This document shows, piece after piece, positions 27,344 to 50,382 of a stretch of DNA of 64,000 bases; position 1 is the first letter of the stretch, and each line of letters opens with the position of its first letter. The translations under genes were made by a program, and so were the position numbers. This DNA is from the human T2T-CHM13v2.0 reference genome, Homo sapiens, in the NCBI RefSeq assembly GCF_009914755.1, contig NC_060948.1. One strand, 5' to 3'. A model generated the notes under the pieces. It had not been told where the DNA came from. It worked only from the letters and a program-made list of their open reading frames with translations, and made no database searches.

Positions 27344-28802
27344 AGCAATCCCACTTTTGAGTAAATATTCAAAAGAATTTAGATCAGAATCCTGTAGAGA
27401 CATTAGAACTCCTACGTTCATTGCAACACTATTTACAATGACCAATATGTGGAAAAAACCCAAATCAAATGTCCACCCATAGATGAGTGGATAAAAATAG
27501 TATGTGATATAAATAAACAGTAAAATTCTATTCAGCCTTAAAGAAGAAAATCCTGTTATACGTAACGACATGGATAAACCTGGAGGGCATTGGACTAACT
27601 GAAATAAGCCAGGCACAGAAGGACAAGTACTGCATGATTCTACTTACATAAGATATCTTAAGTAGTCAGATTCATTGAAACAGAGTGTAGAATGGTGTTT
27701 ATCAGGGGCTGAAGGAGTAAGGGGAAATGGTGAGTTGCTGGTCAACATTTATATAGCTTCAGTTATGCAAAATGAATACGTTCCAGAGATACTCTGTATA
27801 ACATTATGCTTATAGTTAAAAACACTGTATTGTACACTTGAAATTTTGTTAAGAGAGTCATTCTCATGTTGACTCTTTTTACCACAATAAAAAATAATTT
27901 TATACATTTAGAAAAATAGCCTATATTAGCTGCCCCTCAATTTTATTCATCCCTAGGCAAACCCTGGAGAGATAAGCAAGCAATCTCTAAGACTTTGTAA
28001 GTAAAAACTTAGAGAATTTGAAAACAGTTCAAAAAAGAGCCACATATCTGAGGAAAGAATTGTAAAAATAGAAAAATTAGGCAAGTTAAAAAATTTGCAA
28101 TTATTCAGCATAGAGCTAAAAAGGGGAAGTAGCATAATATTGGGCTCATCATGAGCAAATGGGAAATGATCACCAAAACAGAGTGGAAAATTGTTCCTAA
28201 TTCCAATGAAGACAGAAAAAGGGCAAAACACCCACACTGCAGTATGAAATCTAAATCTCTTAGCATTCTCTCTGAAAGGTACACATCTCTAGTGCTTTTG
28301 AAAATAGTCTTTTTTTTCCGGTCATTTATATTCCAAGTGTGGTCCTGAAGGGGAATGACTAGATGTTTTCTCAAGGAGAGTTAACTCTGTGTGTGGGGTG
28401 GAGGTGAGGGCTCCAGAAGGAGGGAGAGTTTATAAATTAGCAAGTTGTAATGTCTGTTGAAATAATTACATTCTGTATTGTTTGGTCAGACCCTAAACTT
28501 GGCTGTACTGCTTTACAAAAGAAAAGGCTTTTGCACAAGGCCCTCTTACTTTCTCACCAAAGTGAGTTTCTGTGCCTGATTTAAGAAAATGCCTTTTGAG
28601 AGATGTGATAATTGAATAATTTTGAGGCTGTCTAGAGTACACAGGGAAGTTGATTAAAGTCAGTAAAACATAGGCTCTCTGATTATGCTGCAAATCTTTC
28701 CAAGCCAGAAGAACCAGCATTGTTATGAAGTCTCCTTTGCTTAACAGTTTGCTTTATTTGCTTAATAATTACTTAAATAAATAACTGTATTTAAAACAAT
28801 GA

Positions 28803-31260
<2,458 letters not shown>

Positions 31261-31798
31261 ATGAAATATTTTCACTTTTTTACTCGTAAATATAGCATTT
31301 GAGTATTCTTCTAGTAACAAAACAAGTTTCACTTAATAAGACACTATTAGTAATCTTATTAATGGTTCTGGTTGTTTTCTAAACAGAGTAAACTATAGGG
31401 TGAGTTATTTACCTTACATTTGTAAATGAAGGTCCTTTGATGCAGATCTAGTTGGTTCTCCTCTGAGGTTCTGTCTGTAAGGTCAGTTACTTGAACAGGA
31501 AACTATCCTGAGAGAGGAAACCCAAGATATCTATATTTGTTATTTAAGTAATCTCTGACATTCTTGTGAGTTTTAGTTGATCTTCTATTTCATGGGAGTG
31601 AACCAAAAGGAAAAATATATTATCAATTTTAGAAAAATAAATTGGGGCTAGATAAAACACGTGCATATATATTTTGTCTACTTATTTCTCTAAACATGGT
31701 CAGGTAAAAAACCAAAAATGGGTAAGGATTCCAGAAAATCAAAGAAGATATTTGACAATGAATATTTCAATACTTGACAATTTCCACCCCACTGATAC

Positions 31799-32421
31799 TT
31801 TTATTTATTTATTTTTATTATACTTAAGTTCTGGGATGCATGTGCAGAATGTGCAGGTTTGTTACATAGGTATAAATGTGCCATGGTGGTTTGCCGCATC
31901 CATCAACCCATCATCTACATTAGGTATTTCTCCTAATGCTATCCCTCCCCTAGACCCTACACCTCAACAGGCCCCAGTGTGTGATGTTCCTCTCCCTGTG
32001 TCCATGTGTTCTCTTTGTTCAACTCCTACTTATGAGTGAGAACATGTGATGTTTGGTTTTCTGTTCCTGTGTTAGTTTGCTGAATTTGATGCTATCCCCA
32101 TCAAGCTACCATTTTCTTCACAGAATTAGAAAAAACTACTTTAAATTTTATATGGAACCAAAAGAGAGCCCGTATAGCCAAGAAAATCCTAAGCAAAAAG
32201 AACAAAGCTGGAGGCATCACACTACCTGACTTCAAACTATACTACAAGGCTACAGTAACCAAAACAGCATGGTACTGGTACCAAAACAGATATATAGACC
32301 AATGGAACAGAACAGAGGCCTCAGAAATAACACCACCCTTCTACAACCATCTGATCTTTGACAAGCCTGACAAAAACAAGCAATAGGGAAAGGATTCCCT
32401 ATTTAATAAATGGTGTTGGGA
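31799..32421 (-). mobile_element. L1PA7/8-like insertion with 5' inversion
   Basis: 31799-32083 is antisense 3'UTR with T tail; 32084-32421 is sense ORF2; gata(c/t)ttt at both ends. Confidence 0.88.
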
Positions 32422-33209
32422 TATTTTCAAAATAAGAGGCTGGTCTAGGATTGCAAACAAAAATGTTCCCCAGAAAACTCTCATGACACTGTAACAATGG
32501 GAAATTTCTATAACAGGTATATTTTTAGATTTAGTCAAAATTTTAATTAGAAAAGCTATATATGCAGAAGGAGTTTCCTTCATAACATTAAAAAATGTAT
32601 ATTGCCAAATATATTGATTATTTTTAATTTAACTTTACAATTATAGAAATTTTATTGATGGTTTTTAAAAAATGCATTTGTTAATTCATCCCTTCATTCT
32701 GAACACTGTAGCAATCACTGTTCATTAATCTTAGCTTGCAGAATTACAATTATAATGAGAGCTATAGTAAAAAGAATGTCACACATTGTGTATTATAACT
32801 TCCTGGGCAACCAGGACAAGAGACAAACTAGGAGACACAGAAGTGAAGAACGAGCACTTTTCAGAAAGTATATTAAAAGTCCTTTGATTGAGAGCTTAAC
32901 GACAGGACTGAAGTTAAGCCTTTGGCCTTCAGCATAGCTGTTATAACATAAACATTAACAATCTACAAATGTTCATTTACAAATTTACAAACCTAGCCCA
33001 CTTGTTGCAATCATGATAGGAGTCAGTTTACTGATGAATAAAACCTATTATTGACTCTGTTGGCAGTGGAGCGTTCATTCTCACCATTCTCTGGTGGTTT
33101 TATTCAGAAAAGATTGTAATACTGGGCACATTTTTATGACTTATCACATGTTATTTACACAAGTAGTTTGGATCAAAGTGGTAGTTGACCTGGATCTAGA
33201 AGAGTTCAT

Positions 33210-33300
33210 TCTCACTATGTTGCCCAGGATGGTCTGGAACTCCTGGGCTCAAGTGATCTTCTGGGCTCAAGCCTCCAGAGAAGCAGAAATTATAGGCTGT
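33210..33300 (-). mobile_element. Alu left-monomer/FLAM fragment
   Basis: ctcactatgttgcccaggatggtctggaactcctgggctcaagtgatc. Confidence 0.75.
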
Positions 33301-33753
33301 GTGCTTAATTGCTAAAAATTTTAATGACAATAACATGACTTGAATACAAAACTGGTAGAGAGAAAGGCACAGGAATCCCAAATCTGTCTCATCTCACTCC
33401 ATTTCTGTGCCTTCTAATGTTATTTAAAACACTGAAATCTCTTTATTTTCACTCAGAAATACAAAAATTGAGGTAGTCCCATTGGTAGTGAAGACGACCT
33501 CAGCTCAAGTTCCTAGGGCCTAACAGAACTTTGGTCAAGCCTAAAACAAGCTAGATGTTTCATATCATTTTTCTTCACATAATTATTATCTGAGACACCA
33601 GACATGCCCACTCTAGGACATATTGGGTGCTGCATTGAGAAATTCATTTGTAGGCTGAATAATTTTTCTAATCTTAATTTTCCTCTCACAATATAAGAGA
33701 GTAAATGCTTCCTAACTTCTTTATATGCTTTAGAAAAAAGAATACCAAGTCAA

Positions 33754-34162
<409 letters not shown>

Positions 34163-34380
34163 TCACTCTGAAAAATCTTATTATTACTGAGGAAAAAGAA
34201 ACAGTATTAGCTCTACGAAGAGGATTGCTGTGCTACATTTGCATAGTTCTTAACATGATAAGAAAAAAATGCCTATGATATATATTTTTGACAGTTTGAC
34301 AGTTTCACTGTTCAGATTCGACATTCAACATTTAAAAGGCAAGTAATTGAAACTGCTATTACTCTGCTAAACAGAGTTCA

Positions 34381-34785
<405 letters not shown>

Positions 34786-34929
34786 TCATTGTTAATGAAT
34801 TACAATACTTCCTTAAAGTGCTTATAGTATACATATTAGCTTCCTACTTGTGTCATATATACCTGTTCTATATATCAATTAACCGTATAACAATGTCACT
34901 AACATTTACTATAAGAATACATAAGTGCT

Positions 34930-35267
<338 letters not shown>

Positions 35268-36307
35268 TTACACTGTGATGTTTCCTTAGCAACTTTCTTG
35301 TAAAATATATGAAAAATATTTCTGTATAATTTAAAAACAGGAGTTTACATGTATAAATTCTCTATATGTAGATATATTAAATACATAAATAATCTTCTTT
35401 CCTACATTTTACTTAGTCACTATTGTCAGAATGTTAAAATTGCATACTATTTTAAAAACATGACTTGGCTATCTTTTGCCATATTATTTTATTTAAAGAT
35501 AGAATATTCTTAGGAAAATGGACCTTAGGTACTTAAATCAGAAGTTCAAAGACTAGCCAGGAGTAATTTTGGAGGACATGGCTTCTATACAACTCAAAGT
35601 ATGTGTTCTTCGTTTCAGGAATAAATGTAAAATTTATTCTTGGGAAATGCTCCTTAAATGCTTGAATCAACTCCAATTTTTATATTTTAATCAATAGTAT
35701 TATTAAATATTTTTCCCCTAGGCTCGACACCAAATATCATCAGATGTTTCCCCCCTAGACTAGACCTCTAAAAATATAATGAAAAAGTGGAAATGCTGTC
35801 AGAACAAAAGTTACATATAAATTATTCAGGTATTTTTTAAATTCCATATGGATTCTATACCACCTGTTATAATCAGAGAAACTTTCTATCCTCTACTTCC
35901 CTCCTTTAACAAGTTGTCAAATTCAATTTCCAATTAAATCAATTTTTGGAAAACAGTTGTTGCTTTAATTTTTTTGGTCATAATTATTGCAACAACTTTT
36001 TGATTGCTTTCATTACAGCAAATGTCATTTTTAAAACAATCAGTACAATAAAATGACTTGACTTTAGCCATGTTTGTGTCTATCTGCTTTAATTCACTAT
36101 AAATGTAGTGTTTCAGACATTTTTAGAAAAAGGTATTACTTTTACAGATTATACTGAGAAGTATACACATTTTTTGCTACACATTTATTTTTAAGGAAAA
36201 CAATTTGCACAGTTATATTTGGTATGAGATGAAAACTATATTTTTTAACTTAAACTATCTGTCTTTAGCTGACTAGTACATTGTTTCTAGAAAAGTAAAC
36301 ATGTATT

Positions 36308-38683
36308 TCTTCTTTTATTTTATTTAACATTTATTGTAGGTTCAGGGTTACATGTACAGTTTTGTTATATAGGTAAATTGCATGTCGTGGGGTTTTGGTG
36401 TACAGATTATTTTATCACTCAGGTAAATAAGTATAGTACGTGATAGGTAGTTTTTTGATCCTCACCCTCCTCCCACCACCCACCCTCAACTAGGCCCCAG
36501 TGTCTGTTGTTCCCTTCTTGTTGTCCATATGTTCTCAATATTTAGGTCCCACTTATAAGAAAGAACATGCATTATTTGTTTTTTCTCTTCCTTTGTTAGT
36601 TTGCTTTGGATAATGGCCTCAAACTCCATCCATGTTTCTGCGAAGAACATGATCTCATTCATTTTTACAGCTCCATAGTATTCCATGGTGTATATGTGTC
36701 ATATTTTCTTTATTCAGTCTACTGTTGATGGGCACTTAAGTTGATTCCATTTCCTTGCTATCGTGAATAGTCCTGCAATAAACATATGCATGCATTTGTC
36801 ATAATGGTAGAACAATTTATATTCATTTGAGAATATAGCCAATAATGGGACTGCTGGGTCAATTTGGTTTCAAGTTCTTTGAGGAATCACCAAACTTTGC
36901 TTTCCACAAAGGCTGAACTAATTTACATTCCCAGCAGAAGTGCATAAGTGTTTCCTTCTCTGCAACTTTGTCAGCATCTATTATTTTTGACTCTTTAGTA
37001 ATAGACATTGTCATTGGTATGAGATGATATATCACTGTAGTTTTGATTTCCATTTCTCTAATGATGAGCGATGTTGAGCATTTTTTCATATGCTTGTAGT
37101 TCACATTGTGCCTTCGTTTGAAAGGTGTCTGTTCATGTCCTTTGCCCACTTTTTGATGGGGTTCTTTGTTTTTTGCTTGTAATTTGTTTAAGTTCCTTAC
37201 AGATTCTGGACATTAAACCATTGTTGGATACACAGCTTGCAAATATTTTCTCACATTCTGTCTGTTTAATCTGCTGATAGTTTCTTTTGGTGTACCGAAG
37301 CTCTTCAGTTTCATTAGGTTCTATCTGTCCACTTGTGTTTTTGATGCAATTGCTTTTGGCATCTTTGTCATAAAGTCTTTGCCAGGTCGTGTGTCAAAAA
37401 TAATATTTCCTAGGTTATCTTTCAGGGTTTTTAGAGTTTTTTGTTTTAGATTTATGTCTTTAATCTATCTTGAGTTTTTTTGTATATTATGTAAGGAAGG
37501 AGTCCAATTTTAATCTTCTACATATGGCTAGCCAGTTATCCCAGCATCATTTATTGAATACCAAGTCCTTTCCCCATTGCTTCTTTTGCTCAATTTTGTC
37601 AAAGATCAGATGGTTTTAAGTGTGCAGCATTATTTCTGGGCTTTCTATTCTGTTCCATTGGTCTATGTGTCTGTTTTTGTAGGAATAATATGCTGTTTTG
37701 ATTACTGTACCCTTGTAGAATATTTTGAAGCTGGGTAATGAGATGCTTCCACCTTGTTTTCTTTTTACTTAGGATTGCATTGGGTTCCACATGAATTTTA
37801 AAATAGTTTTTCTAGTTCTGGGAATAATGTCATTGGTAGTTTGATAGGAATAGCATTGAACCCGTACATTGCTTTGGGCAGTATGGCAATTTTGACAATG
37901 TTGATTTTTCCTGTCGATGAGAATGGAATGTTTCTCCATTTGTCTGTGTCATCTGCAATTTCTTTGAGCAATGTTTTGTAATTCTCATAGCAGAGGTCTT
38001 TTACCACCTTGGTTAGCTGTATTCCTAGGAATTGTATTTTTTTTTGTGGCTATTGTGAATGGGATTGCATATGACTTCTTCTTTTCCTATTTGGATGTCT
38101 TTTATTCCTTTCTGTTGCCTGATTACACTGGCATGGACTCCCAGTACTATGTGAAATAGGAGTGAAGAGAGTGGGCATCCTTCTCTGGTTCTGTATATCA
38201 AGCGGAATGTTTCCAGCTTTTTCCCATTCAGTATGATGTTGGCTGTGGATTTTGCATATATGGCTCTTATTATTTTGAAGTATGTTCCTTCAATGTCTAG
38301 TTTGTTGAGGGTTTTTAACATGAAGGGATGTTGAATTTTATTGAAAGCTTTTTCTTCAGCTACTGAGATGATTATGTGGTTTTGCTTTTAGTTCTGTTTA
38401 TGTGATGAATCACATTTATTGATTGGCTTATGTTGAGCCGATCTTGTATTCCAAGGATAAAGTCTACTCAATTATGGTGGATTAGCTTTTTGATGTGCTG
38501 TTGGATTTGGTTTGCTAGTATTTTGTTAAGAATGTTTGCATCTATGCTCCACAAGAATATTGGCCTGGAGTTTTCTTTTTTGTTGTTTTTGTGTCTTTGC
38601 CAGGTTTTGGTGATGCTGGTCTCATAAAATGAGTTAGGAAAGAGATCTTCCTCCTCAACTTTTTGGAATAGTTTCAGTAGGAA
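36308..38683 (-). mobile_element. L1PA15/16-like 3' part with small internal deletions
   Basis: Antisense tail ggtaaattgcatgtcgtggggttttggtgtacagattatt; minus ORFs with [25 protein letters not shown]. Confidence 0.9.
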
Positions 38684-41500
38684 ACTATTCAGAGTATTTA
38701 AGGTGTCCATCACCTGAGTACAATATATTTTTGTTCAGTATAGTAACTGTACTCTGCTATCAGGCATTGAATCTATTCCTGCTATTTTCCTGCGTGCCTA
38801 TACCTTATAACACACTTGTGTTGTTCCTCCCTTCCATCAGCCTTCTCAGTCTCTGTTACCTATGTTTCTGCTCTCTACTTCATGTAATCAAATATTTTAT
38901 CTACCAGATATGAGTGAGAATATGCAAGGTCTTTATGCTGTGCCAGGCTTATTCCACTTAAGATAATGACCTCAAGTTTCATTCATGTTGCTGTAAATGA
39001 CACGATTTTATTCTTTTTATGGTTGAATATTATTCAGTTGTGTATATATACCACATTTTCTTTATCAATTCATCTGTTGATGGGCACTTAAGTTGATTCC
39101 ATATATTTGCTCCCATGAATAGTGCTGCAATAAACATGCTAGTGCAGGTATCCATTTGATATACTGATTTCTTTTCCTTTGGGTAGATATCCAGTAGACA
39201 TTGTTAAATCAAATGAAAGTTCTAGTTTTAGGTTTTTCAGAAATTTCTATACTGTTTTCCATAGCACTGTACTAGTTTACATTGCAAAAAGTAATGTATA
39301 ATTTTCTCCACACCCTCGCCAATGTCTGTTTTTTTGTGTGTGTCTCTTTAATGATAACCATTATTACTTGGGTAAGAGGGCATCTCATTATGCTTTTAAT
39401 TTTCATTTCTCTGATGATCAGGGATGTTGAACATTTTTTCATAAACGTGTTGCGTGTTTGTGTGTCTTCTTTTGAGAAATGTCTGTTCATGTTTTTTTGC
39501 CCAGTTTTTAATAGGATTACTTGGGTTATTTTCCTATCATTTGGGTTCCTTGTATATTCTGGATATTAGTTTCTTATAAATAATTAGTTTGCAAATATTT
39601 TCTCCTGTTCAACAAGCTGGTTGTCTCTTCACTCTGTTGATTATATCATTTGCTTTCTACTTTAATTATTTACCACTTTTACTATTTTTGTTTTCTGTTG
39701 CATATGCTTTGGAGTCTGTCACAAACTCCTTGTTCAGGAAAGTTTTTCCTGGGTTTTCTTCTAGTATTTTGATAGTTTCAGGTCTTATATTTAAGTCTGT
39801 AATCCATTCAGAGTAGTTTTTTTATGGTGAGAAATAAGAGTCCAGTTTCTTCTACATGTGGCTATCTAATTTTCTCAGCATTAGTTATTAAAGAGGGTAT
39901 TTTTTCCTTAATGTAAGTTCTTGTTGGCTTTGTAAATATATCAGTTGGATTTATTTCTGGGTTATCTATTTTATTCCATTGGTCTATGTGTCTATTTTCA
40001 TACCAATGCCATGTTGTTTTGGTAACTATAGCCTTGTAGTATATTCTGAAGTCAGGTGATGTGATGCCTTCAGCTTTCTTCTTTCTGCTCAAGATTGCTT
40101 TGGCTATTCAGGTTCTTACTTGTTCCATATACATTTTAGGAATTTTTTTCTAATTATGTGAAGAATGGCATTGGTATTTTCATAGTGATTAAATTAAATC
40201 TGTATATTTCATTGGGCAGTAGGGTCATTATAATGGTGTTAATTCTTCTGATCCATGAGAATGAGATAATTTTTATTTGTTTGTGTCTTCTTCAACTTAT
40301 TTCATCAGTGTTTTGTAGTTTTTCTTGTAGAGATTTTTTACTTCCTTGGTTAAATTTGGTCCTAGGTATTTTATTTTTTGTTGCTATTATAAATGGGATT
40401 GTCTTCTTGATTTCTTTTTCAGCTAGATCATTGTTGGTGTATAGATATGCTAGTGATTTTTGTACATTGATTTCATATTCTATAATTTACTGAATTCATT
40501 TATCACATCCATGAGGTTTTGGTAAAGTCCTTAGATTTTTCTAGTTATAAGATTATTGAGGGTGGGTATGGTAGCTCATGACCATAATCCCAGGACATGA
40601 GAGGACGAGGTGGGCAGATACCTTGAGGTCAAGAGCTTGAGACCAGCCTAGCCAACATGGTGAAACCCCATCTCTACTAAAAATACAAAAATTAGCCAGG
40701 TGTGATGGCAGGCACCTTTAATCCTAGCTACTTGGGAGACTGAGGCGGGAGGAGAATGCCTTGAACCCGAGAGTTGGAGGTTGCAGTGAACCAAGATCAT
40801 GCCACCACACTTCAGCCTAGGTGACACAGTGAGACTCTGTCTCAAAAATAAAAAAAAAATGAATAAGCAAAGAGAAACTATTTGAAGTTCTCATTTTTAA
40901 CTTTGATGCTTTTTATTTCTTTATCTTACTTGATACCTCTGACTAGGACTTCCAGGACTACGTTAAGTAGGAGTGATGAAATTGGGCATCCATGTCTTGT
41001 TCCAGTTCTTAGAGAAAAGGCTTTCAACTTTTCCCCATTCAGAATAATGTTAGCTATGTGTTTTTCAAATATGGCCTTTATTATTATCAAATCTGATAGT
41101 TCTGTGCCTAGTTTGTTGAGGGTTTTTATCATGAAGTGATGTTGAATTTTATCAAATGCTTTTTTCTACATCTATTGAGAATATAATATGGCTTTTCTCC
41201 TTCATTCTGTTGATGTGAAGTATCATGTTTATTGATTTGTGTATGTTGAAACATCCTTGGCTCCCTGAAATAAACACTCCTTGATTGTGGTGTATTGTCT
41301 TTCTGTTGTCCTGTTGGATTTGATTCACTAGTATTTTGTGAGTATTTTTGTGTCCATGTTCAAGAAATACATAGCCCTGTAGTTTTCCTTTTTTGTGACT
41401 TCCTTGTCTGGTTTTGGTATCAGGGTGATGCTGGGCACATAGAATGAGTTAGGAAGCCTTCTGATTACCTCGGTGTTTTAAAAAAGCTGTAACAAGATTG
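38684..41500 (-). mobile_element. L1PB/L1MA-like 3' part
   Basis: Second antisense L1 3'UTR starts here (gtgtccatcacctgagta); minus ORFs [18 protein letters not shown]. Confidence 0.85.
40560..40859 (+). mobile_element. AluS (diverged) inside L1
   Basis: gagaccagcctagccaacatggtgaaacccc...gagactctgtctcaaaa. Confidence 0.9.
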
Positions 41501-41828
41501 TCATTGTGGTCAGTTGGATTTCTGTCGTGATAAAATGTGAGTCCTTTATTTTCCTCTTTTTTGTTACTGCTTTTATACTTCTGTGTATTCTCATGATGGT
41601 AAACGTCATCCTTTCATGTCCAGGTTTGGGAGCTCCTTGAGCATTTCTTATAGGCCTGGTCTAATGTAATAAATTCCCTTGTCATTTGCTTGCCTGGGAG
41701 AGAATAAATCTTTTTCATTTATGATGGATAATCCAATGGACAGTGTTCTTGGGTGGCAGATTGTTTTTATTACAGCAATTTGAATATATCATCACATTCT
41801 CTTCTGGCCTATAAGTTTTCTGCTGAAA
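41500..41828 (-). mobile_element. Old L1M ORF1 segment (resumes at ~48765)
   Basis: gagcatttcttatagg...aaattccct...tctcttctggcctataagttttctgctgaaa. Confidence 0.7.
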
Positions 41829-44055
41829 GGCAGAGCAAGATGGGAGAATAGAAGCCATCATCAATCATGCTCATCACAGAGACACTAAATTTAACAACTG
41901 TCTACACCCAAAACACCTACATAAGAACCAAAAATTCGTTGAGTGATCACAGTACCTGGCTTTAACTTCTTATCACTGAAAGAGGCATTAACAAGGTAGG
42001 AAAGATAGTTTGGAATTGCCAACACCACTCTCTCATATGATGGCAGGGGATGCATGGTATGGAGAAAGAATCTCTGTGCTTTAGTGAGGGAGAGTGCAGA
42101 AATTGTGGGAATTATCACTGGAACTCAGCACTGCTGACACCAGGAAGAAGTCAGCTGATGAATACAGAGAGAACATTGAGATGATCCCTATCCTGAGTGG
42201 AATTATTCACCCCAGTGGTCATAACTTGACTTTCATCAAGCCTTGCCACTGGGGGAAAAAGTGCTCCTGAGTTTTAAATAAACTTGAAAAGTAGTCTACG
42301 CCACAAGGACTGCAACTCATAGGCAAGTCTTAGTGCTGTGCTGGGTTCAGAGCCAGTGCACTTGGGGAAGATGCAACGTAGTGAGACACCAGCCAGGGTG
42401 GCTAAGGGAGTGCTTGCACCACATTTTCTGACTATTTCATAAGATATTATCTGATTATTTGAAATCACATATATGACTTCAAATTATACTACAGAGCTAT
42501 AGTAACCAAAACAGCATTATACTGGCATAAAAACAGACACATAGAACAATGGAGCAGATTAGAGAATCCAGAAATAAATTTATACATTTACAGCAAACTG
42601 ATTTTTGACAAAGGTGCCAAGAAGATACATTTAGAAAAAGTCTCTTCAATAAATGATGCTTTGAAAACTGGATATCCATATGGAGAGTATAAAACTAGAC
42701 CCCTATCTCTTGACATATACATAAATCATATTAAAATTAATAAGAGGCTTTAATCCAAGGCCTCAAACTATGAAACTACTACAAGAAAACCTTAGGGAAA
42801 CTCTGCAGTACGTTGGACTGGGAAAAGATTTATTGAGTAACATCGTGTAAGCACAGGCAACTGAAACAAAAATGCACAAATGGGATCACATCAAGTTGGA
42901 AAGCTTCTGTACAGCAAAGGAAACAATCAACAAAGTGTAGAAACAACCCACAGAATTGGAGAAAATATGTGCAAACTACCCATCCAATAAAGGATAATAA
43001 CCAGGATATATAAGGAACTCAAATAACTCTATAGGGAAAAAAATCCAATAATCTGATTTCAAAATGGGCAAAAGTTTTAAATAGTCATTTCTCAAAAGAA
43101 GATATGCAAATGTCAAACAGGCATACGAAATAGAACTCAACATCATTGATCATTAGAAAAATGCAAATCAAAACTACAATGAGATATTGCCTTACCACAT
43201 TTAAAATGGCTTCTATCCAAAAGATAGGCTATAGCAAATGATGGTAAGGATGTGGAGAAAAGGGAATCTTCTTACACTTTTGGTCACAATGTAAGTTACT
43301 GCAACCACTACGGAGAACAGTTTCAAAGTTCCCCCCAAAAACTACAAATAGAGCTACCATTTAATCTAGCAATCCCACCTCTAGGTATATACCCCAAAGA
43401 AATGAAATCAGTGTATCCAAGGGATATCCACACTTCCATGTTTGTTGCCACACTATTCACAATTTCAAAGATTTGGAAACATCCTAATTGTCCATCAACA
43501 GATGAATGGATGAAGAAACGTGGTACATAGACACGATGGAGCGCTAATCACCTATAAAAATGAATGAGATTCTGTCATTTGCAATAACATGGATGGGACT
43601 GGAGGTCATTTTGTGAAGTGAAATATTCCAGGCACAGAAAGGCAAATGTCACATGTTTTTACTTATTTGTGAAGGCTAAAACTGAAACAATTGAACTCAT
43701 GGCAATAGAGAGCAGAATGATGTTTACTGGAGGCTGGGAAAGGTACTGGGGTGGTGAAGAAGTCAGGATTTTTAATAGGTACAAATAGTAGAAATAATGA
43801 GTAAGATCTAGTATTTGATAGCACAACAGGGTGCCTATTGTCAAAATAATTTATTGTACATTTAAAAATAACTAAAATAGTATAATTGGATTGTTTGTAT
43901 TACAAAGGATAATTGCTTGAGGTGATGGATACAACTTTTACTCTGATGTGATTATTATACATTGTATGCCTGTCTCAACATATCTCATACATGACATAAA
44001 TATATACTTACTGTGGGCCCACAAAAAATAAAAATAAAACATTTAAAAATAAATA
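41829..44055 (+). mobile_element. L1MA1-3-like element: 5'UTR joined to ORF2 3' end (large internal deletion)
   Basis: ggcagagcaagatgg 5' terminus (same family as 58829); ORF2 from ~42462; L1MA tail ending ~44050. Confidence 0.85.
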
Positions 44056-48764
<4,709 letters not shown>

Positions 48765-50338
48765 AATTTTCTATTGAAATATCTGCTGGTCATATGATGT
48801 TGTTTTTCCATAAAGTTACTGAAGCATAGTACCAAGGCTATCCTTAGAGACAGCCAAAAAAATAAATGGGTACTTACATGGTTTGATTGGAATTATCAAA
48901 TATTTCACCACACATTCTTCACTCTTGACTATTCTGATTATTTTATCAGATTAACCTAAAAGTACATATTATTAATTTGGCAGAAATACGGTTATTGGAA
49001 AATGCATTTTAAAATATGGTTATTGGCAAATGCAGACAGAGTGGAGATGGAAAGTATGGAAAAGCCAAACAAGTAAGACACCATGTAGGCTACATCTGAC
49101 GGAGAGTGAAATTTTGTGACTATGAAAACCTTTGTTGTTTTGATTTTAAAAATAAAAACATTGTAAACGATATATTCATTGCAACAATTTCTAAAAATTC
49201 AGAAATATGTAAAAGAATGAAATTCCCTGAGGCCCTATTTCCCTTCCTAATTATATTCCTCAGGGGTACTTGTCATCTTTTATAGTTTAGAGTGTGTACT
49301 TTGGCTGGTAGACTTTTCAATGTCTCTGCAAACAAGGAATCCTATTAAGAAAATACTTCTGCACTTACACAACTGCCTGTAGACCATTCTACCTAGAAAA
49401 TTAACACTATGCATATTTTTTCTCCTTTTATCACAGGCTGGAAATGGAAAACAATAGAAGTAAGAAGCTAAAATCTAGTATTCATCATTTTCTTTTAGAT
49501 AGGCAGAGTATACAGAGCAAGAAGCATCTTCACTGGAGAATTAAGTAGTCTCATTTGTGTCTAAAATATATGGGTGTTCAATTAAACAGAGACATAAACA
49601 GGACTTATGTGTAGCTCTGTCATCTTCTTCAATGTTGGTAATTACACTTATTTAGCAATATCCTGATGATTAAACATTTGCCTCTGAACTAATAAAACCA
49701 CCAGGGCAAGTACTGTAGTAAAATAACTAAGAGGATGATTATAGCAATAGCTTTATAGGGCAGATGGGAAGAGATCACATTAAAATAGAGCAAAATCTCT
49801 GTAAGTCAATAGGAAATACAGACAGGGAAAATAAAACAGTATTTCCCTAGTGACGCATAATTTTAATTTTGGTTGCCTGTAGAAACAGCTCTCAACATAT
49901 TAAGTAATTGTATGCAATTTAATTGAATTTTGTACTGCATGTCTCCTTTAATCTTTATCAGATAATTAACTGATTGCTTCTATTGCAGCATTCATAGAAA
50001 CATCTGGATTTTAAATTAAAATGTTGCAGAAGTTCACACAAGCTTATAACAGGGTAACAGTATATTTAAAAAACCAATATTAGAGAAAGTAGAATTAATT
50101 GTGTTTATGTTGACTTATATGGCATAACATAATTTAGTTTTGTTAAACTTCATTGGAGTCAGAATATCTTTTATTTTTGATACCAAATGGATTGTTCACA
50201 TAGTTTCAATCTTACATATTGTATGAAACATTTAAGCACTTATGAAAAAACATTTTAAAATTTCCAATACAACCTATAAATAAGACAAACTTATCTATGG
50301 TATATAAGTATTTATAGTCCCTAAATAACCACAAAATT

Positions 50339-50347
50339 GTGTGTGTG

Positions 50348-50380
<33 letters not shown>
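50339..50380 (+). repeat. (TG)n microsatellite
   Basis: About 21 dinucleotide units with a single ca interruption. Confidence 0.95.

Positions 50381-50382
<2 letters not shown>

Noticed and set aside
42424-42461. Filler shares tgactatt and tctgattattt with 48926-48943
   Set aside because: Matches of 8-11 bp in AT-rich DNA are too weak to claim templating
48986-49036. Imperfect 22-bp direct repeat (aata(c/t)ggttattgg(a/c)aaatgca)
   Set aside because: Only two copies; consistent with a local slippage duplication
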